64,000 bases of DNA, taken from the NCBI GenBank assembly GCA_002269645.1, contig NIVC01000232.1, forward strand, positions 319,684 to 383,683, written 5' to 3'. The stretch is from Macrostomum lignano. Its lineage: Eukaryota. The notes below the pieces were generated by a model. The model worked only from the letters and a program-made list of their open reading frames with translations, had not been told where the DNA came from and ran no database searches. The position numbers and the translations under genes are program-made. The first letter of the stretch is position 1. Each line of letters begins with the position of its first letter. Shown here in pieces: positions 50,201-62,611 of this stretch.

Positions 50201-53200
50201 TTTCTTCCCACATGGATATACCTACTAAATAAACATTTGCGCAGACTTACCCAACTGAAAATCGGTCCCAATACCGTCAGCCATCCAGCCGAATCGAATA
50301 GCGCACCGATCTGGTTCGCTACTGGGCAGCCTCAGATCTTCAACCTTTTTAGTCACTTTAGCCTCGTACCAGACTCTCAGTGGCCGCTGCTCAGCCGACA
50401 CAACTAATCCGTGAGTAGCCCGGCAGCCGGCCCAACAGAATGCGAAACCTTCGTCAGCAACTGGACGAGCGTGCAGCAAATCTGGCCAACCGACTTTCAG
50501 ATGCAGATCGCAATGATAGGGATCTAAGCGAGGCTTAGCCGCTAGTTGCGTGTCCAACTCCCAGCCTGGGGATTCTGGGCCCAGCATGTCGGCAACTTCG
50601 GCATCAACAGCGGCATTTGAATCGGCGCCGCCAGCTGGCGCGGAACCGGACGCTCTGGCCGGTGAACGAGATCTAGACCTGGCCGAGCGAGATCTAGACC
50701 GCGATCTAGATTTGGATCTTGGTGATCTAGAACGCGAACGAGATCGTCTAGAGGATCGATGACGCCGGTTGCCGCTGCTACTGCTGCCGTGGCGATGATG
50801 CTGGTGGCGCGACGATGAAGAGGCTGAAGCAGACGTCTTGGATCGCTTGCTCTGTTCAGCCTGTTGCTGCTGCTGCTGCTGTCCGCCGTGATCTCCGCTG
50901 CCGCTAGGAGAAGGACTTCGATGCCGGCGTTTCCGATGCGACGGCGATTCCGATCTGGCTTCCTCTTTGTCTTTCTTGTCGGAGTCCAACTCTTTATCCT
51001 GTTCAGTTGTTGTTGGCTGCAGACTATCTGGAGCAGGCTCCGATTCGGGTTCAGGCTCAGTTTCCATTGGCTCAGTTGGTTGCTTCTGCAAAGACTTTTC
51101 TTCTTCTTCTTGCTTGTTAGATTCGGCTACTGCTATTTCAGTCTCTGTAGGAGGTTCAACAACAGTACCAGCAGCATCAACAGTAGGGGCTACGGAAGGC
51201 TCCATCGGTTGGGTAGACGTTTGTAAATCATTGTCCGACTTAATAGGTTCAATGGGTTCAGGTTGAATAACAGCTTCAGGTTCAGGATGAATAGCAGCTT
51301 CAGGTTCAGGATGAATAGCAGCTTCAGGTTCAGGTTGAATAGCAGCTTCAGGTTCGGATTGAATAGCAGCTTCAGGTTCGGGTTGAATAGCAGCTTCAGG
51401 CTCAGTAGCCTACAAAAATGAAACAATTTATTCATATTAATATCTGTTAAATAAAATATTCAGTAGACAAAACGTCTTGCTAATGCTTACCATAGGCTGT
51501 TCAAAACTACCATTGGCGTCCAAGTCTGAAGATGGAGGTTGATTTTCCAACTGCTGCTGCGGTGCAGACTGAGAGAAATCGGGAATATTAATAGCCGGCT
51601 GTTGCTCATCGCTAAGAACAGTGGCAGTTGTTGGTGTCTCAGTAGCACTGGGAGGCGATGGCTCTGACTGAGACTGCTGGTGCACTGGCTCAGTTATCAT
51701 TGTCTGCTGCTGAGGCTCTGGTTGAGCAGTTGCATCACTATCGCCTGTTGTGTTGTTGGACAAGATAATGGATTACTTTTTGACAAAAAGATTAACTTTG
51801 TGGTGTTTAAAACTGATTTCTTATAATTAATAAAATCACATGAATATAAAGTTTAGGACTAATATAAATGTGTTCCTTTTAAACACCTTAATGAAGAAAG
51901 CCACCTTTATATTTAATCATATATGATCTCTAATTAAGAAAATTCAAAGGATATATTCACATAAATTATCATTTATTTTCATTTGATTTTAAAGTTAAAA
52001 CAAGTTAATTAGATTAAACTAAGATCTTAAACATTTAGGGTTTAAATAGAATAATTTTATGGTTGTTAGTTAAAAAACACATTAAAATACTTTGGATACA
52101 ACAAAACTCATGTGCCTCTTAGAGCTAGGCTATAAATAATCTAAAAACAACTATTATTTTCATAAAATTTTATTTGAAGAAGCATTAATCATAAACAAAC
52201 AAGCTCCTAAAAAGCTGCTATGCTATAAACCCATTTTGCATGAAATCAATAAAATAAAATTTGAGTGTCTATAGAGTGTCTATGCTTGGAAGCAACCTTG
52301 GGATTCACTTGGCCATTTCTATTAGCAACACACATGTATGTCACTATTGGATGGAATAATAGTCACGTGGCTACCCTCAGCCAATAGCAACTTATATGTA
52401 TTATATGTTGCCAATAGAAATGACCAAGCAAATACCAAGGTTGCGCATGTATATAACCTTACCATCCAACCTTAATATGCACATGGTATTAAAACATACA
52501 TGTGCAACCTTGGGAATCACTCAGCAATTTCTATTGGCAACACATAAGTTGCTATTGGCTGAGAGCAGTCACATGACTACTATTCTATCCAATAGCAACT
52601 TACATGTGTGTTGCTAATAGAAACAGCCGGGTAAATCCCTAGGTTGCGCCTAAGCATGTATTGAAACTCTTATTGTTTAAGTCATCAACTCAAAAGTCTT
52701 GAAAGCTCTGGCCTCTGCATTGAAAAGTGACAATATTCATTTTAACATTAGCCTCTACTACCTAAGCACAACATGCATTTTGCATCAAAACTCTGTTGCT
52801 TAAGTCTATAAATCTTAATAATGACAGGAGCTCTATTAAAGTGGTAAAACATTTAATTTTACTTTAGCCTTTATTACTCAATTATAATATAGACATGCTA
52901 TTAAAAATTTAAGTTGATGCTTAAGTCCTAAATTCTAAGGATTTGAAAAGTTCCCTTCATTTTGAAACTGGCAACATTCATTTATTTCTATTACTTTACA
53001 CGTATCAAATTTACTCTTTTTCATTACATCTATCAAATCTATCAGTATCAGTTTATCAATAAACCATTGTTAGTACTAAATGCTAGCTATGCAAAAATTT
53101 GAGATAAATATGCAACAAAGTATTTATTTTGTGCTAAGTTAGTTGCTTTATATAGGCCTAGTGGATAAATATCTATAGGCCCCTAAGTCAGGCTAAAATA

Positions 53201-55263
53201 AAAGCTAAAGCCAAAGAGAATAATTATAACATAATAAAATATAATTACTTATAGCATCTATCTTCTTTACTACCAATAAGAAATAAGTGAAATATATAGG
53301 AGGGCCGTAGCCCAGCGGTAGTGCAGCTGCTCTGCTGTGCCAGCGACCCTGGCTTGATTCCAAGTGCAGTCACATTAATTTAGGGCTGAATTAGAATCTT
53401 GGCTTGGCTCTGCTTGTGCAATTAATGGCCTTGAGAGCCAACCCCCCAAGGCGCAATGAAATGTACATGCCTAATGATAATATAAAGTTAGGGCCGCTGT
53501 ACACTCCTGAGTGAGTATGCCTGTGTATGTATCTGCGCACTTGTATGCCTGCTCAGGGGAGTCGGCGGAATAGGCAGTAATGCCTCTCGCCAGTTGCGTG
53601 CCCATGTCGCTTAAAGTGTGCCCCATAGTCAGGAAGGTGGCAGAGTGTGCGCCAGAACAAATTTTGGCCTCTCCCAAAATTGTGCGCCGTGCGCCGACAC
53701 AAAAACCCTCGTGTGCGCCGTTGTGCGCCCGCCACTACCTGCCTTGCGACAATAAAAGACCTTTTTTTTACAACATAGCAACAATTTTTGTGCGCCAATA
53801 TTACGGGCTATCTATATTATATTATGAGAAATTGAGATCGTTAAACCAAAAATAGAAATTTAAACAATTTTTAATTTAATTTCTAATTTTTAAAACAAAA
53901 CAAACATAAAAAGTAAGCAAATGGCAAAAACAAAGGTAAAAAGGAAAAGGAAAATATTTTATTTTATTTTTTTTTGGTAAAATGCAGTGTTACATTAGAT
54001 AGAACAGTGAATAGTGTACTGTAACAAGTAACAACTTACATCGTTACATGGGATCGCCACAAGGGTAACGCTGCATGTGGCGCGGCGCCCGCCGCGTCGC
54101 GCCGCCATGCGCCAGTGTCCTCTGGTGTGCGCCGTTGTGCGCCGCTGTGCGCCAGTGCGCCGCTATGCGCTGTTGTGGCGCGCCGCTGTGCGCCGTTGTG
54201 CGTCGTTGTGTGCCCAAAAAGGGCTTGTGTGCGCCGGAATTTTCCGACCAAACTGCCACCTTCCTGACTATGGAGTGTGCCAGGGTATACACAACCTCCC
54301 TGCCTCTAATAAAAGAGAAATATATAAACCTACGTCCTAGGCTTATTATTATCAGCCTATTTAGACATTTAGAGCTGTGGCCATCTTGGTATGTGGCTAT
54401 CTTGGTCATATGCCACTATGATACTTTTAATATTGGCAACATAGTTACCATTGCTTAAATCTACATTTAAATCCAATAATATGTATATTTATCTGGCAAA
54501 AATCCACTAGGGAGGTATTCTATATACTTTTCTTGGCTAAATTTGTTTGTTTTGCATGCATAATATCTAAAAAAATATACCCTGGCTAATAGGCCCTATA
54601 ATATTTAATATACAAGCTTATTATTTATAAGATTTATAATCATGAAAAGAATAAAATTGATATTAAGCTTTAATTTAATATAGAATAATTTATATTATCT
54701 TTTACTAGAGGCAGGAGGCTGCGTGCACCTTGGCGCACTTTAAGCGACATAGGCATACAACTGGCGAGAGGCATTACTGCCCATTCTGCCAATTCCCCTG
54801 AGTAGGCATACAAGTGCGAGGATACGTACATAGGCACACACTCACACAGGAATGTATAGCGGCCCTAACTTTATAATATTGTTAGGCATGTACACTTCAC
54901 AGTCTTCACTGCACCTTGGGGGATTGGCTCTCAAGGCTGTTAATTGCACAAGCAGAGCCAAGCTGAGATTCCAATTCAGCCCCAAATTAATGTTACTGCA
55001 CTTGGAATCGAGCCTGGGTTGCTGGCACACCAGAGCAGCTGCACTACGGCTGGGCTAAGGCCCCCTCTTTATAGTATCTTACATGGATTTAAATTATTGA
55101 TTTTAATAATCTCACCTTCTGCTGCAGCTTGTATCTCCTGTGTCTCATTTTCAATAGCCTCTTTTAATCGCTGTGAAAGATCTGCTTTAAGACCTTTTGT
55201 AGAAAGATTACGCTTCTTCAACTCTTCTCTTAATTCAGCAACTTTCAATGCATCAACATTCAT
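44245..55263 (-). CDS. HNRNPUL1: hnRNP U / hnRNP UL1-like protein, 1262 aa (SAP, SPRY, P-loop NTPase, RGG tail); exons 55263-55116, 51744-51491, 51409-50251, 49173-49061, 47794-47198, 46507-46376, 46003-45832, 45458-44245
   Basis: SAP: [28 protein letters not shown]: GCRATHG...[21 protein letters not shown]. Walker A: [10 protein letters not shown]. Also [12 protein letters not shown] and an RGG/GF tail. Junctions are phase-consistent, totalling 3789 nt. U versus UL1 is not resolvable. Confidence 0.88.
46768..47155. repeat. 28-31 bp intronic minisatellite GGCCCAGCAACTGAGGATCTGGGAGTCT
   Basis: Lies in the intron after hnRNP U exon 5. Confidence 0.93.
48290..48780. repeat. ~41-44 bp intronic minisatellite GAGTCACTAATCCCAGGATATTGCATTCAGGTACTTCAG
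   Basis: Seen directly, hnRNP U intron 4. Confidence 0.93.
49375..50160. repeat. ~34-bp intronic minisatellite GGTGAGTCACTAATCCCTAATCTAGGGTAATTCA
   Basis: Seen directly, hnRNP U intron 3. Confidence 0.93.
52282..52657. mobile_element. Foldback/MITE-like element: two ~165-bp inverted arms around a ~45-bp spacer
   Basis: The left arm ATGCTTGGAAGCAACCTTGGGATTCAC...TTTCTATTAGCAACACACATGT matches the reverse complement of the right arm. No TSD was identified. Confidence 0.65.
53299..54315 (+). mobile_element. tRNA-headed SINE-like element, copy A, interrupted by a MITE at 53623-54273
   Basis: A-box-like TAGCCCAGCGG and B-box-like GGCTTGATTCC. Colinear with copy B both before and after the MITE. 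Confidence 0.7.
53623..54273. mobile_element. 651-bp MITE with perfect 21-bp TIR CCATAGTCAGGAAGGTGGCAG and 8-bp TSD AGTGTGCC
   Basis: The TSD lies at 53615-53622 and 54274-54281. Internal TGTGCGCC repeats. Superfamily unassigned. Confidence 0.88.
54705..55067 (-). mobile_element. tRNA-headed SINE-like element, copy B, uninterrupted (~360 bp)
   Basis: GGGGGCCTTAGCCCAGCCGTAG...GGCTCGATTCC. About 16 mismatches versus copy A in the first ~160 nt, counted by eye. Confidence 0.7.
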
Positions 55264-57110
55264 ATTTATTCAGTGTAATTAGTACAAGGTAGTGGGTATT
55301 AAACAATATAAAAACGATTTTTAAATACACAATTTGCAGAACGCTTGCTACCTAACTCAATAAACTACGAACTTAAACGTTAAATTACTTCTCGTTTTAC
55401 AATCTCTGGCTAATAAGAATTGAGTCTGTAAGGAAGTTACATTAAGCTCCAAGGTAAAGCATATGGCATATGCCACATGTAGCAGTGGGCTTTAAGTCGT
55501 AGGTGTAATAAAATAACAAGCACTATGTCAATGACTCGGGATTCAACGTTTTACTGCATGATAGAGCGACAACTAACCATCGCACGGCACGGCTGATGAA
55601 GGTTACAATGTGACGCTTCGTCACTTGAAAAATATTTTGTTTGATAAATTTATACAAGAATATGTTAACAAAACCTAAATAGTGTAATCATTTTTTAAGC
55701 ATAAATATTGTTGTGAATTCCTTTTTGTATCTAATAAAAATTTATTTACTACAAAATTACTGAATAACTATATTATCTAGAACGCGTAAAATTATGCCAC
55801 TATTTTTAATATCGAAGGGCCGAGGTTAAATTGGCAAAACTTCAGGCGGTGGCATTCAAGCAAGCAGTCAAAAAAATGTCGTTTTTAATGTGTACGTACA
55901 GTAGCCTTTCATGGCATGCATCCCTCCTCCTTCGTCCTCCTGATGCAAAGTTTGAATGCATTTGCATTAACACGTCCATATCCACCGCACATTTTAAGCC
56001 GCTTTTACTAGTTAAAATACATTACCTTCTATTGCGTTGAATGTAGAATGCGATGCTTGTGAATTGAAACATATTAATCAATTTTTCGATTTTACATGTT
56101 ACTAGACAATGTACAAGTAATAAAAATTGTATAACTTCTTTATTTGACTAAGAAATTATTCTACCGTTGATGCACAGACCTACATCCACAAGATACAATA
56201 CAAATACATAAAATAATAACAAAGACTCAGCAAAGACATTCATCAAAATTATATGCAGTACCACCAGTTTGAATTTCCAGCACCAGAATAAAATTACACC
56301 TAAATGTAGCTTCTCTGGCTTATTAAAAACAATAATGTTATTAATTTTAACACAGATGCCGTAGCAATACAAAGTGCAATTCTTATTGATTCTATAATTG
56401 GTGTATTTCAAAGCAAAGAAAAAATAAAATAGCTTTATAAAATATAATCTCTTGTAGATGGAGTCATGGTTCGTGCTACGTGTACAACAATCAATATCAT
56501 ACTCGCGGTGCACGGTGCTAAAGCCATATTGAAACAGAGTTCACACGAAGGACAAAAATTGAAATCTATACGACAACCGAAAAAATCAACACAGCATATT
56601 GGGAAGTTTTTGTTAATTTGTTCGCTGACACAAACATAATATAATAGTATGGTTATAAGTCATTTATGAACATTGACTATGTCACGACATCTACAAGACT
56701 ATCGCGATACATATTATTGTCATGTATAGAAATTTGTTTAAAATTGGAAAGATTTTCAAAGTTTATTGTGATCACAATTTCAGAAGTTTCATTATTTGAT
56801 GAAATAAGGAGGCATGCGCAATACACGACTGTGACCCAGCTATTGAGAAAAACCGTATTATAGGTTTGTTAAAACCAAGTTATTACGAGCTAATTTGAAT
56901 AACAGACAAAACACAGAAGCAACAGACTAGAGAGAGACATCAGTTAGTAGTCTGTAAAACCACCGATTAACAAACGCATTCGATATTTTCAGACACTGTA
57001 ATTTTGAATTCAATAATAGTTGTTTATTAATCTGTGGTTTTGGAAAAAATACGTTTAAAACGACACACAAAATCCACATTTTTCTACTATAAGTAGCCTG
57101 ATTTGAGTAT

Positions 57111-60100
57111 TTAATGATGCGCCAGACTAGCGGGCTGCTGCAGTTGAGTCCGCACGGATTTGTACAGCCCGAATTGAGCCCCGAATCGGAGCCGGCTGCC
57201 GCGCAGCAGGTGCGGATTAACGGCCACAGCCGACGAGATGCCGCTATTCGGCGTAGCGTAAGCTGTCGGATTTGACGATTGATTCTGCTGACTAGCAACT
57301 GTGCTGGAGCTCAGCCACTCTCTGCTGCCGGCGCCGCCCTCTTCGCAGCCGGACAATTCAACAGGTGTCACCTCAATTGATGAACTACTTGTAGTAGTAT
57401 TAGCAGCAGTGGTTTTAACTTCTTCTTTCTTTACCGGAGACGCTCTCTGTCGATCGATAGTTCGACTAATAGCGCTACCAAGACTGCAATCCGAAGCTGA
57501 CAATGGCGATTGAGTCTTTGTTGACTGCACAGTTGGTGAAGTCTTATTGGACAAAGACTGGGCAGAAGAGTCGCCCAGCTCGGCAAGCTGCTGTTGTTGC
57601 TGTTGCTCCTCCACGGTGTCCAGACGTTTAGACACCATGGCTAGAAGAGTCTCAGGACGTTTTGGCGATGAAGATGAAGATGAAGCAGACAGGAGAATCG
57701 GAGATGCTGGACTGGCAGCTGGACTTTTCGGCGTCGGAGTGGCATCAGTAGCAGGCGGAGGCGACGACACAGAGGTCAAAGGCATCGCCGACTGTTGCAG
57801 ATTCGGCCTGCCTAGCAGCAGGTGGTTCATCACCGGTTGATCTAATCCGCTAGAAGGACCAGACGGGCAAGAGGATGAAGCATTTCCGGTTGCAGCTGCT
57901 CCGCCGTTTCCGCCTCCACCTCCAGCGGAAGCAATAACTAGAGACGCTTTCAACTGTCTAGATTGCAACTTTCGATAATTATTCATCAGATGATTCAAAT
58001 TGGTGTTCCTACGCTCCAGTTCGGTTCTGGGCAAGCCCGATAGAGCTGTCGAGTTTCTGTCAGATGACTGTTGCTGCTGCTGCTGCTGCAAGGCGCTCAG
58101 GTCGCTGAGTCCAGCGCCAGTAGAAGCAGAATGCGGCAATGGGGCGTTGCTTCCGCCGCCTGCCAGCTTGAGAGCGGCCGAGAAGCAGCCAATACCAAGA
58201 CTGCCGCCTCCGCCGCTGCCTCCACCGCTGCCACCACCGCTGGCGTGCATTGATCCGCCATTGCCGCCAAGGATGTCTAAATCGTCCCCGGCAGGATCGT
58301 TGCCACCGAATGCGGAGTCTGGATTGAAAAAGGGCAAGAAACAAGGCGAGGTTAGAAATTGAAATTGACGAAAACTGAGATAAGTTCTAAGAAATCACTG
58401 GTTTCTAAAAGACCAAAGTTGAACAAGAAACGGAAGAATAAGAAACTGAAATATTCAAGAAAATTAATGGATAAAAAACTTTTCTACGTAATATACGGTA
58501 AAAAGCAATTTTTTTTTAAAAAATTGAAAGAATCTGGCATTTTCCAAGAAATCGATATATTAGAATCTGGAATTTTCCAAGAAATCGATAGATAAGAATC
58601 TGGCATTTCCAAGAAATCGATAGGTAAGAATTTGGCCTTTTCCAAGAAATCGATAGATAAGAATCTGGCATTTCCTGAAGAAATCGATAGATAAGAATCT
58701 GGCATTTCCAAGAAATCGATAGATAAGAATCTGGCATTTCCAAGAAATCGATATATTAGAATCTGGAATTTTCCAAGAAATCGATAGATAAGAATCTGGC
58801 ATTTCCAAGAGATCGATAGGTAAGAATTTGGCCTTTTCCAAGAAATAGATAGATAAGAATCTGGCATTTCCCAAGAAATCGATAGATTAGAACCTGGCAT
58901 TTCCCAAGAAATCGATAGATAAGAATCTGGCATTTCCCAAGAAATCGATAGATTAGAACCTGGCATTTCCAAGAAATCGATAGATAAGAATCTGGCATTT
59001 CCAAGAAATCGATAGATTAGAATTTGGCCTTTTCCAAGAAATTGATAGATAAGTATCTGGCATTTTCTAAGAAATCGATAGATAAGAATCTGGCATTTCC
59101 AAGAAATCGATAGATAAGAATCTGGCATTTCCAAGAAATCGATATATTAGAATCTGGAATTTTCCAAGAAATCGATAGATAAGAATCTGGCATTTCCAAG
59201 AAATCGATAGGTAAGAATTTGGCCTTTTCCAAGAAATAGATAGATAAGAATCTGGCATTTCCCAAGAAATCGATAGATTAGAACCTGGCATTTCCCAAGA
59301 AATCGATAGATAAGAATCTGGCATTTCCCAAGAAATCGATAGATTAGAACCTGGCATTTCCAAGAAATCGATAGATAAGAATCTGGCATTTCCAAGAAAT
59401 CGATAGATTAGAATTTGGCCTTTTCCAAGAAATTGATAGATAAGTATCTGGCATTTTCTAAGAAATCGATAGATAAGAATCTGGCATTTCCAAGAAATCG
59501 ATAGATAAGAATCTGGCATTTCCAAGTAATCGATAGATAAGAATCTGGCATTTCCAAGAAATCGATAGATTAGAATTTGGCCTTTTCCAAGAAATTGATA
59601 GATAAGTATCTGGCATTTTCTAAGAAATCGATAGATATGAATCTGGCATTTTCCAAGAAATTGATACATAAGAATCTGGCCTTTTCCAAGAAATCGATAG
59701 ATAAGAATCTGACATTTTTCAAGAAATCGATAGATAAGAATCTGGCATTTTCCAAGAAATTGATGGGTAAGAATCTGACATTTTCAAAAAAATTGATAGG
59801 TAAGAATCTGACATTTTCTAAGAAAGCTATAGATAATTTCCAACTAATAAAAATCTAATAAAAATGCGAGCCCCCCTTCTTGTATTACTATTGATTTATG
59901 CACGCGCGAACGCGACGCACCAGCTCAAAAATCTAGTAGGGAAAAAGTGCACATTTTCCGGTTGAGAAGAGGAGAACAGCCAGTTAGTTGATTTAAGCTT
60001 AAACAAAACACTGCAAATCAAGGTCGGAGAAAACCGCTGACCCGTGTGGGAGAAAGACGTTGGGCCACCCTACCCTCCTCTTCCCACGTAGTTTTATAAT

Positions 60101-62596
60101 CTGAGCAAAGCTGTAAAATATAGCAGCTCTGCTCACCGCCCACCCCCTCCAAATTTCATTTCCCAACCGTTTAGTTATGGAAGGGGGGAATAAAATCCTT
60201 ATAAGCCAACCCTCCCCCCACACTTCCCCCGCGTGCATCCGGTGAAAAATTTATTCTACGGCTTCAGCAGCAAACATGGGGATCGAATTCCCGGTCACGT
60301 GAAAGTCTTGAATGAAAAATCAGACTCTCAAAATTAATTTTTCAAGATTTGGGGATTAGTTGAAAATTCGAAAACGTCGGTGCACTTTTTAATAAAATTG
60401 TGAAATAGAAAAATCAGCATAGATATAAGCTGTGCCAATTATTCTTAAGCACGACCATCTTATCTTTCAAAAATCGATACAAAACTGAGGTTGAAATCCT
60501 ACCTGGTATATGGTCAATAGAATATAACAATTAAAATTAGGATTTTAAAATCTCCAATTATGGTATTAAAATCTTCAACCAGGGTATTAAAATCTCCAAT
60601 TATGGTATTAAAATCTTCAACCAGGGTATTAAAATCTTCAACCAGGGTATTAAAATCTTCAACCAGGGTATTAAAATCTTCAACCAGGGTATTAAAATCT
60701 TCAACCAGGGTATTAAAATCTTCAACCAGGGTATATAGAATCTCAGATTAGGATATGAGAATCTCAGATTAGGATATTAGAATCTCCAATCAGGATGCTA
60801 TAATCTCAGATTAGGATATTAGAATCTCAGATTAGGATATTAGAATCTCAGATTAGAATATTAGAATCTCAGATCAGGATACTAGAATCTCAGATTAGAA
60901 TATGAGAATCTCAGATTAGGATATGAGAATCTTAGATTAGGATATTAGAATCTCCAATCAGGATGCTATAATCTCAGATTAGGATATTAGAATCTCAGAA
61001 TAGGATATTAGAATCTCAGATTAGAATATTAGAATTTAAGATTAGGATATTAGAATCTCAGATTAGGATATTAGAATCTCAGATCAGGATACTAGAATCT
61101 CAGATTAGAATATGAGAATCTCAGATTAGGATATGAGAATCTTAGATTAGGATATTAGAATCTCCAATCAGGATACTAGAATCTCAGATTAGGATATTAG
61201 AAAGTCACATTCGGATATTAAATCTCAAATTATGACATTGAAATCCCTAATTATGATATTAAAATTACCAATTAGATAACCGTTAATCCGGTAATTTCAA
61301 ACAAATAAATTAGCAATAATTAGAACATTACAGAAGCACCCAGACGCAGCCTCACCTCCTCGACCAGCGGACTTCCCAGACCGGGATCTCGAACCCCCGC
61401 CCACCGCAGCGGAGAACGGCTTTATATTGAAAGTGAATCTTTCTCTCAGTTCAGAAATTGCCACAGAAGGAATTTCCGACATGGAAGCGTACAACTCTTC
61501 AATTAGCTGCTCTGTGGTGATGAGTGCCTCAGAGTTGAGCAGGGCTGTGATCTCGCCCATGTGGCAATAGAATGCGTCTGCACTGTCCGCCTCTTTCAGT
61601 ATTTTTGCTTGCAACTTGCGCCACAGGACCAGTGCGCAACGGAGTAGCATCTCACTGCCTGCAGGGTTGGGAATGTGGATTTATTACTTATGAATGGGGA
61701 TTTATGATTTATGAATGGGGACTTAATGATTTATGAATGTCGATTTATGATTTATGAGTTGGGATTTACGATTTCTGAGTTAAGATTAAGGATTTCTGAG
61801 TTGGGATTTATGATTTCTGAGTTGGGATTAAGGATTTCTGAGTTGGGATTTATGATTTCTGAGTTGGGATTAAGGATTTCTGAGTTGGGATTAAGGATTT
61901 CTGAGTTGGGATATATGATTTCTGAGTGAGGATTTATAGTTTGAGTGGGGATTTGTGATTTATGAGTGGGAATATATGATCTCTGAGTGGGGATTTATGA
62001 CCTTTGAGTGGGGATTTATGATTTCTAAGGAGGGTTTTATGATTCATGATTTCTAAGTGAGGATTTATGGTTTCTAAATGAGAATTTATGGTTAATGAGT
62101 GGAGAGTTATGATTAATGAGTCGAACACCCGATCACGCAGGGATAAATAATTCGATTCAAAACAAATAAAACAAATACTCACCCTCCAGCATAATAGCGT
62201 CCCACAGTCGCAGAGTTGCAAACGCTGGCAGGCAGGTAGAAAACAGAGTTAAAAACCATTGAATAGTGAAGACGTTAACTAGCGGTGGCTCGTAGACAAC
62301 AGCGGCAGTGGCTGGTGAAGAGGCCGCGTGAGCAGCAGAAGCAGCCGCCTGCAGCCTGTCCAGATGATTGGACAACTGCGGCAGGTGAGCGCGAAGGAGC
62401 TGACGGAACACCGCCATGTCCACAGTTAAAGCTTGCAGATTTTGAGCAAAGTAGCTCTCAGGCAGGCAGCTGTCAACTAGAAAGATCATCACTTTTAATG
62501 CTTCATCTTCGTTGCGTTCCATCACTTCGAGAATTAGCGCGGCCAACACGTTGAAGCCTTGGCAGTAGCCAACTCGCTTGTTCCAGCGGGCGTAGG
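57111..62596 (-). CDS. TBC1D30: TBC1 domain family member 30 (Rab-GAP), 3' part; exons 62596-62183, 61658-61356, 58318-57111; upstream exons not found in the window
   Basis: AYARWNKRVGYCQGFNVLAALILEVME...LPESYF..NLQALTVDMAVFR...YEPPLVNVFTIQWFLTLF...EGSE...FTFNIKPF matches TBC1D30 as recalled. All phase-1 junctions are consistent. Confidence 0.9.
58525..59830. repeat. ~32-33 bp intronic minisatellite AAGAAATCGATAGATAAGAATCTGGCATTTCC
   Basis: Seen directly. Confidence 0.95.
60540..61260. repeat. Two abutting 21-bp minisatellites: TATTAAAATCTTCAACCAGGG then GAATCTCAGATTAGGATATTA
   Basis: Seen directly. Confidence 0.92.
61683..62095. repeat. Degenerate 21-bp minisatellite ATTTATGATTTCTGAGTTGGG
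   Basis: Seen directly. Confidence 0.85.
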
Positions 62597-62611
62597 CTGG
62601 GGTGAGTAAAG

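Noticed and set aside
53299-53372. Functional tRNA gene
   Set aside because: The stems are mismatched, the anticodon arm is non-canonical, there is no poly-T terminator, and homology with copy B extends ~290 nt further, so it was treated as a SINE-like head.
59942-60390. 11-bp inverted repeat AAAAAGTGCAC as a TIR pair
   Set aside because: Too short, does not extend, and has no TSD.
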